Positions 11,996 through 22,094 of a stretch of 64,000 nucleotides of DNA are shown piece after piece. Position 1 is the stretch's first letter. Each line of letters starts with the position of its first letter. Below the pieces are notes generated by a model, which saw only the letters and a list, made by a program, of their open reading frames with translations, had not been told where the DNA came from and searched no databases. Origin of the DNA: Mobula hypostoma. Taxonomy: Eukaryota. The translations under genes were made by a program, and so were the position numbers. Where the stretch lies: contig NC_086107.1 of assembly GCF_963921235.1 (NCBI RefSeq), forward strand, positions 116,996,001 to 117,060,000, in the 5' to 3' direction.

Positions 11996-12911
11996 ATCAC
12001 AACCCTCAACCATCAAATGCTCCTTATATGTCCACCCTTTCACTCCTGGGATCATTCTTGTGAATTTCACTTAACCCAAACAAATGCCACGACATTCTTT
12101 CTGAGATTAATGGGCTTAAAGCTGCCTCAATACTTCAGATACAGTTTCACTGATGCTTAACGTTACATTTCTCCCTTTCTCTCCCCCTCACTCTAACCCT
12201 GATTGCCTCTGAAATATTGACACACTACAGACCCTACTCTGCCTCGGTGTGTGAAGTATTGACATAGTTAAGCACTGCACTGATGATATGGAGAGTGTAA
12301 ACAGTCCTTGATGTCCACAGACAACTTCTGAAACAGTGAGAGAAAGATTCCTGAAGATTCCCAAATGAGCCCTCCAGCCTTTGCAGTGGGAATTCCAATC
12401 CTCTGTCCTGGGAGCAGGGTGATAGGAGTGTGTGAGTGAGGGGGGAGGGAGCAGTTCCAAAGAAAGGGGCTGAAATTGGTGAGAGCATGAGAGAAACAAG
12501 GAGAAAGAGGGAGGTGGAGAGTTATACCCCTGTCTAATCTGTAATCACTCTCCCCCCCCTGTGTGTGCGCTCCTCACTCTCCTTTGCTGTCTCTCTCTCT
12601 TTACAGTAATTCTCTCAAGATCTCTTTCTTCCTCTCTGACTTACCTGGACTGTCTCAGACTCAATTCCCTGTTGAACCTCATCTCCCATGACACACTCCA
12701 ACCCCTACTTCGCCTCTCTATCTCTACAATGTTGCACCACACTACCACAGATAAACATTGCTTTGGTGATAAACAGAGGGTAAATGGTGTCTTCTTTGTG
12801 TCCAGTCAGCTTCTAAAACAGTATCAGCTGAGAGAAAGATTCTCAGACGATCCTAGACCTCCTCCCTTCCACAGAGTATTCGAATTATTTGTCCTTGGAA
12901 TAGGGAAGAAT

Positions 12912-13458
12912 GAGAAACATAGAAATTTACAGCACATTACAGGCCCTTTGGACCACAATGTTGTGCCAACCAAGTAACATACTCCAGAAACTGCCTAGAA
13001 TTCCTTACCGCATAGCCCTCTATTTTTCTAAGCTCCATGTACCTATCTAAGAATCTCTTAAAAGACCCTATTGTATCCACCTCCACCACCATCACTGGCA
13101 GTGCATTCCACGCACCCACCACTCTTGCGTGCGAAACCTACCTCTGACATCCCCTCTGTACCTACTTCCAAGCACCTTAAAACTATGCCCCCTTGTATTA
13201 ACCATTTCAGCTCTGGCTATCCACACGATCAATGCCTCTTATCATCTTATATACCTCTATCAGATCACCTCTCATCCTCCATTGCTTCAAGGAGAAAAGG
13301 CCAAGTTCATTCAACCTATTCTCATAAGGCATGCTCTCCAATCCAGGCAACATCCTTGTACATCTCGTCTGCACTCTCTCTATATAGTATCCACATCCTT
13401 CCTGTAGTGAGATGACCAGAATTGAACGTAGTACTCTGTGGGATCTAACTAAGATCTA
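12912..13458 (-). mobile_element. 5'-truncated CR1 3' end
   Basis: Tail 'gagaaacatagaaa' and ORF remnant VGAWNALP...FKRFLDRYM. Near-copy of 8921-9430. Confidence 0.9.
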
Positions 13459-13981
13459 AGGAGAGTTGAATGAGGGGTGAAAGAGTAGGGCATGTGTGGG
13501 AACCAGAAATCATGACAGCAGGAGAGAAAGAGAGTATGACAACGAGGAAGCAAGTGGGCAGACGGGAGAGTCAGGCCAAAAGTGAAAGCTAAACAGGAAG
13601 AAAGAAGAGAAACAAGAGAGAAGAGAGAAGTGGAGCGGAATTCAAGAAAGGGAGGAGTGGGGGAATTAGAAAGACTAAAAGGAAGAGTGACAGATAGAAA
13701 AGGAGAGGAAGCAGTCAGATTAAGAAAGCAAGCGAAGGAGGTACAAAGAATGAGTGAAACACTCCTCTCTGACCCTTATGTTCTTTCCCTAACACCAACA
13801 ATGTCTCATTTTCATTCTTTCTCTTCACCCCGTTTGTCAACTGACTCTTGAACCCCGACACACCACAACCTCCTACTCTGCCTCGCTACAAGAGAACAAA
13901 GAGGCAGACACAGAGAGACAGAGAAAAATAAAGTGGAGCACTAAACCACCACAGATAAACATTGCACTGGTGATATGGATA

Positions 13982-15609
13982 CAGTGGATGCAAAAGTTTT
14001 GGCACCCCTGGTCAAAATCTCTGTTACTGTGAATAGCTAAGCGAGTAGAAGATGAACTGATCTCCAAAAGTCATAAAGTTAAAGATGAAACATTCTTTTC
14101 AACATTTTAAGCAAGATTAATGTACAGTATTATTTTTGTTTTGTACAATTTTAGAGTGGAAAAAAAGGAAAGGAGCACTATGCAAAAGTTTGGGCACCCC
14201 AAGAGATTTGAGCTCTCAGATAACTTTTACCAAGGTCTCAGACCTTAATTAGCTTGTTAGGGCTATGACTTGTTCATAATCGTTATTAGGAAAGGCCAGG
14301 TGATGCAAATTTCAAAACTTTATAAATATCCTGACTCCTCAAACCTTGTCCCAACCATCAGCAGCCATGGGCTCCTCTAAGCAGCTGCCTAGCACTCTGA
14401 AAATTAAAATAAATGATGCTCACAAAGCAGGCGAAGGCTATAAGAAGATAACAAAGCATTTTCAGGTAGTCGTTTCCTCAGTTCATAATGTAATTAAGAA
14501 ATGGCAGTTAACAGGAATGGTGGAAGTCAGGTTGAGGTCTGGAAGACCAAGAAAACTTTCTGAGAGAACTGATCATAGGATTGCTAGTAAGGCAAGTCAA
14601 AACCTCTGTTTGATTGCAAAAGACTTTCAGGAAGATTTAGCAGGCTCTGGAGTGGTGGTGCACTGTTCTACTGTGCAGCGACACCTGCACAAATATGACC
14701 TTCATGGAAGAGTCATCAGAAGAAAACCATTCCAGCATCCTCACCACAAAATTCAGCATCAGAAGTTTGCAAAGGAACATCTAAAAAAGCCTGATGCATT
14801 TTGGAAACAAGTCCTGTGGACTGATGAAGTTAAAATAGAACTTTTTGGCTGCAATGAACAAAGGTATGTTCGGAGAAAAAAGGGTGCAGAATTTCATGAA
14901 GAGAACACCTCTCCAACTGTTAATCACGGGGGCAGATCAATCATGTTTTGGGATTGTGTTGCAGCCAGTGGCACGGAGAACATTTCACTGGGAGAGGGAA
15001 GAATGAATTCAATTAAATACCAGCAAATTCTGGAAGCAAACATCACACTGTCTGTAAAAAAGCTGAAGATGAAAAGAGGATGGTTTCTACAACAGGATAA
15101 TGACCTTAAACACACCTCAAAATCCACAATGGATTATCTCAAGAGGCACAAGCTGAAGGTTTTGTCATGGCCCTCACAATCCCCTGACCTAAACATCATA
15201 GGAAATCTGTGGATAGACCTCAAAAGAGCAGTGCATGCAAGATGGCCAAAGAATCTCACAGAACTAGAAGCCTTTTGCAAGGAAGAATGGGTGAAAATCC
15301 CCCAAACAAGAATTGAAAGACTCTTAGCTGGCTGCAGAAAGTGTTTACAAGCTGTGATACTTGCCAAAGGGGATGTTACTAAGTACTGATCATGCAGGGT
15401 GCCCAAACTTTTGCTTCAGGCCCTTTCCCTTTTTTGTTATTTTGAAACTGTAAAAGATGGAAATAAAAAAGTAATTTTGCTTAAAATATTAAAGATATGT
15501 GTCATCTTTAACTTTATGCCTTTTGTAAATCAGGTCATCTTTTACTCGCTTAGCTATTCACAGTAACAGAGATTTTGACCAGGTGTGCCCAAACTTTTGC
15601 ATGCCATTG
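13982..15609 (+). mobile_element. Full-length Tc1-family DNA transposon (1628 bp) with long IR/DR-type terminal inverted repeats and a TA target-site duplication
   Basis: TA at 13980-13981 and 15610-15611. The left end CAGTGGATGCAAAAGTTTTGGCACCCCTGGTCAAAATCTCTGTTACTGTGAATAGCTAAGCGAGTA is the near-perfect reverse complement of the right end. Inner direct repeats lie at 14181-14200 and 15396-15414. Confidence 0.97.
14367..15389 (+). CDS. Tc1 transposase, 340 aa, open reading frame but third catalytic residue E->G (probably inactive)
   Basis: ATG at 14367 (GCCATGG context), N-terminal HTH region with GRPRK, WTDEVK, QQDND and SPDLNIIGNLW. There are 34 residues between the second D and the G encoded by GGA at 15201-15203. 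Confidence 0.9.
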   Translation: MGSSKQLPSTLKIKINDAHKAGEGYKKITKHFQVVVSSVHNVIKKWQLTGMVEVRLRSGRPRKLSERTDHRIASKASQNLCLIAKDFQEDLAGSGVVVHCSTVQRHLHKYDLHGRVIRRKPFQHPHHKIQHQKFAKEHLKKPDAFWKQVLWTDEVKIELFGCNEQRYVRRKKGAEFHEENTSPTVNHGGRSIMFWDCVAASGTENISLGEGRMNSIKYQQILEANITLSVKKLKMKRGWFLQQDNDLKHTSKSTMDYLKRHKLKVLSWPSQSPDLNIIGNLWIDLKRAVHARWPKNLTELEAFCKEEWVKIPQTRIERLLAGCRKCLQAVILAKGDVTKY

Positions 15610-17516
15610 TATGTAAAGGTCCAGGATAAACTTCTGAGGCTGTTTTGCCTGAGGGAAATATTCTCAGAAGAGTCCAGATCTAATCCTTAACATTGGGAAT
15701 TGCAATCCTCTGTCCTGGAAGTAAATGTGTGGGGCATGCAAGTGAAGGGAGAGTGAGAGAGAAAGAGGAAAAATTAGAGGTATATCTCTGTCTAAACCAG
15801 AATCTCTCTTGTCTGTTTCTAACCCCAAATCTCGACTCTCTCTCACCTCTCTTTCACTAGCCCTGATTTGTTCTCTTTATCCCTGACACTCTCTAGCTCC
15901 TCCTCTGATTCCCCCCAATCATAATTCCCTCCATTCTATCTCTATCTATGAAGTGTTGCACATTGCAGCTTAAATAAACACTGTCCCAGTGATAAGAGGG
16001 CAAAGGCCTTCTCTTCGCTGTGTCCACTGTCAATGATCGAGGCAGTGGCGACTGTGGGATTGATTCCAGGTTCAGTCAGATGGTCCTCCTCCCACAGAGA
16101 GCAATCAAGATTTCAATGCCCCTATTTCGGGAGAAGGATGTTGGGGGGGGGGTGCGGGGTGTGGTGGAGGGGTTAGGAAGAAAGGAGTTAGAATGAGGCT
16201 GAAATTGAGTGAGGTAGGATAGAGGAAGAGAAGCGAGGGTTCGTGGGTTCCAGGTATGCTGGGAAGGGAAGTGGAAAGTAGAAAGTGGAAGAAAGGTGGG
16301 GGTGGGGGCGGTGTGGGTGGAAATAGTGAGAAAGAGAAGGGTGAAAGAGAGAGATATAGTCCGAAAGAAGTAGGTCAGATAGGAGAAAGAATGCTGACAG
16401 AAAACAAAGAGAAGGAAATGGTCACATGCGGTGAACACAGAAACCCACTTTACATCCGACCACTGATTCCTGCCTTGTGTCCTGTAGCCTGGCTGTGTTC
16501 TCTAATCCCACTTCTCCTGCGGCCTCTAACCCTCTGATGTGGAATATAGCTGGGTCTAACACGGACACTCTCTCACTCAATCTCTCCCTCTCCGCCGCCC
16601 CCCCCCGCACCCTAGCCTCTCTGTAACGTTGCTTTTCTTTTCATTGCCTAACAATAACCATGACGCGGGGATGGGGGAAGGGCCGAAGAGGATTGCAGAG
16701 ACACTCTGTACACCGAACTCACTTCGAAAACACTCTTCGCCTTCAAAGTTCAAAGTCCATTAATTATCAAAGTTAAACCTCGCTCTGTACCCTCACCATG
16801 TCCTCCAATTCCAGCTGTTCTCTGGTTTCTAATCATCTAACCTGGAACATACCTCTCTGTCCAACACGGACTGTCTACTGCTTTCACCCCATCTCTTCCC
16901 CTCTCTAAAACAGATTCGCTTGAAAGCTCTCTTCCGTGCTCTGACTAAACCCCTCTATCGTCCTAAACATGAATATCTGCATCCCTGTCACCACGACTCA
17001 CCGAATAGCTCTCTACTCGCGATACGCTCTCGAACCTCTCTACCGTTACACTCTCCAAGCACAACTCTCCGTCGGTGAAGTGTTGCGCCACATTACCATA
17101 GATAAACACTGCTCTGATGATTAGGAGAGTGTCTGCTCTGCGAATAAATAAGTCCCAGAGGAGCCCGGATCTCCTCTCCGGAACTGCAATCCACTGAGCC
17201 AGGGAGAGGAGAGTAGGGGAGTGTGAGTGAGGGTTCAGAGAGTAGCGCAAGAATAAGGGCCAGAGAGGGAGAGAATGTAGGGCGGAAAGTGGGAGACTGC
17301 GAGAATGGCGGCAAAAGAGGAGAAAAACGGGGAGAGAATGTGAAAATTAGGGGTGAGAGGAGTTAAAGAAATTGAATGGGACTGGGCGAGAGAGCGATAA
17401 CGGAGTGGGACAGATTGAGCTAATCTCATTGGGTGAGCAGGCCTGTGAAAGACACAGTGATGGAAAATGGGGGAAGCGAATTTGGAAGGGCGGGAGAGGA
17501 GAGTGAACGGGTCATA

Positions 17517-17575
17517 ACTCACCTCGCACTGCACGAAAGGCTCCCGATTTCGGCAGTGTAAGCTCTCTTTATACC
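17517..17575 (-). promoter_or_regulatory. Candidate TATA box, short first exon and 5' splice donor
   Basis: Minus-strand TATAAAG (17573-17567), then GAG|GTGAGT (GT at 17522-17521), in a stretch visibly richer in CpG than its surroundings. No transcript evidence is available. Confidence 0.35.
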
Positions 17576-17950
17576 CGACTCACAACCCTCCCACTAACTC
17601 CTCCTACTCGTGCTGACCCGTGACAGCAGGCTCAAATTTCTCTTCTGACACGCCCTAAAACCTGAAACATACATCACCCCGCCCTATGAACGATTCTCGT
17701 TCTCTCTTGCTAACGCAAACTCTCTCCATCTTACACCCGTCCTTTACCCCTCTAGTCTCACTCTTTCTGTTTTCCCCCACCCCAGTCGTTCCTTTCTCTA
17801 TCTGTCGGGGGGCGGGGAGAAGACACGGAACTGATGCCTTTGTGTTACAGAAACATGAAAGAAAAGCTGGCCAAAGTTGGTGAAAACGGGACACTAGCGA
17901 GGATAACAATAGAGCAGCAGAAATGCCTGGAGTTTCTTCGAGTAACTTAA

Positions 17951-18650
17951 AGGTACAGGATCGGTTCATCCCAAAGAAGCATTCCAATGGGAGAATGAGG
18001 CAACCTTAGATGTCAAGGGAAGTCAAATGCAGCATGAAACCAATAGAGAAAGCATACAATAGATAGAAAAGAGGGGAGCCAGCGGATTTGGAAAGTTTAG
18101 CACACAACAGCATGCAACTAAGAAGTCATGAAGTCAGTTTGCCAAAGAGGATACTAATGTTTATTTTTCAGATAGATACGGAGTAAGAGAGGCAAGTGTA
18201 GATATTGGACTGCTAGAATATGATGCTACAGTAGGAGTAACATCCACAAAATTATGGAGAAACTCAGAAGGTCAGGGAGCATCTATGGACATTTCAGTTT
18301 GAGACCTTCCAACAGGCCGAAAAGAGGAAATTATAGGCCAGTTACCCTGACTTCAGTGATTGGTGAGATGTTAGAGTCCATTATTCGGGATAATGTTTCA
18401 GAGTATTTGTAGCAATATGTTAAAATAGGTCAAAGTCAACATAGTTTCCTTAAGAGGACATCTTTCCCCAAAAAAAGATAGTTTTTTTAAAGGACATAAT
18501 AGGCAGGATAGACAATGGACAGTCAGTGGGTGTTATTTGCTTTTGACAAGGTTCTGAATACAAGGCTCCTAAAAAGATAAAATCCCATGGCATTACAGGA
18601 AAGATAATAACACAAACAAAAGATTGATTGACTAGTTAGGAGGGGCTATC
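17951..18650 (+). mobile_element. Very decayed CR1 ORF2 fragments
   Basis: 'ggaaattataggccagttaccctgacttcagtgattggtgagatgttagagtccattatt' (GNYRPVTLTSVIGEMLESII) and other RT-region remnants. Confidence 0.7.
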
Positions 18651-18832
18651 TCCCATGGCTAGACTTTTCTTCTAGCTCAACCCAGGGTCATTTAGAGACC
18701 CCGGCCTTGGAACCACACCTTTGTTACCTTTTCTTTAAATCATTCGCGTTTCTTGGCTCTTATTTGTTCAGGGAGTAGATCGATTAAATTATATTCTGCA
18801 AATTTCAATGATATACTAACAGATAAATACAC

Positions 18833-19910
18833 ATGGCTAAGGACAAAGTAAAATTCATTTCTTTTAATGTCAATGGGCTGTTGAATCCAGTCAAACACAG
18901 TAAAATTCTATCAAAAATGAAAAAAAGAACAAACCCATGTAGTATATTTACAGGAATCTCACTTAAGTGATAATGAGCATGGAAAATTAAGGAGAATGGG
19001 CTTCACTAATTTGTTTTTCTCCTCGTATAAATCAGGACATAGAAGAGGAGTTGCTATTCTCATCTCAAGCAAGCTAAATTTTGAAAAAAAGTATTCAAAA
19101 TGGGAGATAAGTAGGGCAGATATATTCTGGTAAGGGAGAATATAGATGGAAATCCAATTACTCTATTGAATATATATGCACCCCCAAGAAGTGATATTAG
19201 TTTCCTCCAGAAAATTACTAATATTATGGTAATGGAAACAGAAGGTCTCTTGATATATGTGGGGGAGATTTAAATTTACAATTACAACCAAAGTTAGACT
19301 CTTCCAATAGAAAAAACTTAAGAAACAAAGTCCTTACTAAAAGTTAACACTCTTTTTGAGGATTTTGGTTGAATTGATATATGGAGGGACTTTTTCCCCG
19401 GCTGAAGGGATTACACTCATTATTCTGCCCTGCCCCATTCTGTATATACAAGAATAGACTATTTCATAACATTTGGAAAAGATAGAGACAAAATAATCAA
19501 CTGTGGAATTGGGACAATAGATGTAAGTGGCCATGCACCAATATATTTATATGTTGATTTTGACCTATAACTAAAAAATAATATTTGGAAACTAAATTCA
19601 AGTCTACTCAATGATCCCTATTTTAAGGAACAAATTAAAAAAGAAATTGGTCTCTACTTAGAATTCAATGATAATGAATTTCATCTCCCATTCTATGGAA
19701 TACTCTGAAGGCTGTCTTAAGAGGGAAAATTATAGTGATATCTTCATATAAGAAAAAAAAATAAGGAATAAAATATCAGAGGAATTACAAAATAAGCTGA
19801 AGGAACTAGAAAAAACACAAATTGAGTTTGGCACAGGATACACTAGAGGAAATTTAAAAAATTAGAAATGAAATTAATAGTTTGGCTATACAAGAAATTT
19901 TTAAAAGGAA
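18833..19910 (+). mobile_element. L1/Tx1-clade LINE ORF2 endonuclease region, frameshifted and 3'-truncated
   Basis: From ATG 18833 it reads MAKDKVKFISFNVNGLLNPVK, followed by YLQESHL, RRGVAILI, LLNIYAP, GGDLN, TRIDYF, SGHAP and WKLNSSLLND. Strongly A-rich sense strand. Confidence 0.88.
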
Positions 19911-19912
19911 TA

Positions 19913-20174
19913 ATAGACAATAGACAATAGACAACAGGTGCAGGATCAGGCTATTCAGCCCTTCAAGCTAGCACCACCATTCACTGTGATCATGGCTGAT
20001 TATCCACAATCAGTACCCTTTTCCTGCCTTCTCCCCATATCCCTTCAATCTGCTATCTTTAAGAGCTCAATCTAACTCTTTCTTGAAAGAATCCAGAGAA
20101 TTGGCCTCCACTGACATCTGAGGCAGAGCCACAACCATCTGTGTGAAAAAGTTTTTCCTCAACTCCGTTCTAAA
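19913..20174 (-). mobile_element. CR1 3' end abutting the satellite
   Basis: Tail (ATAGACA)n, then 'caggtgcaggatcaggctattcagcccttc...gatcatggctgat', homologous to 4297-4545. Confidence 0.88.
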
Positions 20175-20175
20175 T

Positions 20176-22094
20176 TGGAGATTCAGGACACAAGCTTCAG
20201 GGCAGGAGGTTCAAAGCATGAGTTTCAGGGCAGCAGATTCAGGGCAGGCGATTCAGGGCAGGAGTTTCAGGGCAGGAGACTCAGCGCAGGGGATTCAGGG
20301 CAGGAGTTTTGGGGCAGGAGTTTTAGGGCAGGTGTTTCAGTGGAGGAGTTTCATGGCAGGAGTTTCAAGGTAGGAGATTTAGGGCAGAAGTTGCAGGGCA
20401 GAAGTGTCAGGGCAATTGTTTCAGGGCAAGAGTTTCAGAGAAAGAGTGTCAGGGCAGGATATTCAGGGCATGAGGTTCAGGGCAGTAGTTTCAGGGGAGG
20501 AGTTTCAGGACAGGACTTTCAGGGCGGGAGATTCAGGGCAGGAGTTTCAGGGTAGGAGATTCAGGAAAGGAGATTCAGGGCAGGAGTTTGAAGGCAGGAG
20601 ATTCAAGGCAGGAGTTTCAGGGCTGGAGACTCAGCTCATGAGATTCAGGGCAGGAGTTTCAGGGCAGGGGTTTCTGGGCAGGAGATTCCATGCTGTAGTT
20701 TCAGGACATGAGTTTCAGGGCGAGAGTTTCAGAACAGGACTATCAGGGCAAGAGATTCAGGGCAAGAGATTCAGGGCAGGAGTTTCAAGGCAGCAGATTC
20801 AGTGTAGGAGTTTCAGACCATGAGATTCAGGGCAGGGGTTTCAGGGTTGAAGTTTCAGTGCATGAGTTTCAGGGCAGGAGATTTAGGGTGGGAGATTAAG
20901 GGCAGGAATTTCAGGGCAGGAGACTCAGGGCAGGAAATTCAAGGTCAGGAGTATTAGGGCAGGAGCTTCAGGGCAGGTGTTTCAAATGATGAGTTTCAGG
21001 ACAGGAGATTCAGGGGAGTCGTTTCATAGCAGGAGAGTCAGGGCAGGAGTTTCAGGGCAGGTGGTTCAAGTAGGAATTTCAGGGCATGAGATTCAGGGCA
21101 GGAGTTTCAGGGCAGGAGTTTCAATGTAAGAGTGTCAGGGCAGCAGATTCAGGGCAGGAGATTCAAGGCAGGAATTTTAGGGCAGGAATTTCAGGGCAGG
21201 AGACTCAGGGCAGGAGATTCATGTCAGGAATTTCAGGGCAAAGGTTTCGGGGCCAGAATTCAGGGCAGGAGATTCAGGGTAGGAGTTTCATGGCAGGTGT
21301 TTCAGGGCAGGAGATTCCGTTCTGTAGTTTCAGGGCATGAGATTCAGGGCGGGACTTTCAGTACAGGAGTTTCAGAGCAGGAGATTCAGGGCAGGAGATT
21401 CACGGCAGGAGTTTCAGGGCAGGGGTATCAAGGCAGGAGTATCAGGGCAGCAGTTTCATAGCAGGAGAGTCAGGAGGGGTGGAGTTTCAGGGCATGAGTT
21501 TCAGGGCAGGAGATTCAGGGTAGGAAATTCAGGGCAGGAATTTCAGAGCACGATACTCAAGGCATGAGATTCAGAGCAGGAGTTTCAGGGTAGGCGTTTC
21601 AGGGCAGGTGTTGCAGTAGATGAATTTCAGGGCAGGAGATTCAGGGCAGAATTTCAGGACAGGAGTTTCAGAGCAGGGGATGCAGGGCAGGAGATTCAGG
21701 GCAGGAGATTCAGGGCAGGAGTTTTAAGGCAGGAATTACAGAGCAGGAGATTCAGTGCCGGAGGTTCACAGCAGGAGATTCAGGGCCTGAGATTCATGAC
21801 AGGAGATTCAGGGCAGGAGATCACTGCAGGACTTTCAGGGTAGGAGATTCAAGGCAGAAGTATCAGGGCAGGCGTCTCATAGTAGGAGAGTCAGGGCAGG
21901 AGTTTTAGGGCACGAGTTTCAGGGGAAGAGATTCAGGGCTGGAATTTTAGGCCATTAGATTCAGCGCAGGAGTGTCAGAGTTGGACTTTCAGGGCAGGAG
22001 ATTTAGGACAGGAGTTTCATAGCAGGAATTTGAGAGCAGGAGATTCGGTGCCCAAGGTTCAGAGCAGGAGATTCATGGCCGGAGCGTCAGAGCA
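20176..22094 (+). repeat. Diverged 14-bp satellite block, G-rich orientation (GGGCAGGAG(A/T)TTCA)
   Basis: Roughly 135 degenerate copies of the reverse complement of the main array monomer, with many private substitutions and indels. Confidence 0.95.

Noticed and set aside
14346..14366. N-terminal extension of the transposase shown in the ORF track (347 aa)
   Set aside because: It relies on a TTG start. The ATG at 14367 has a good Kozak context and gives the typical 340-aa length.
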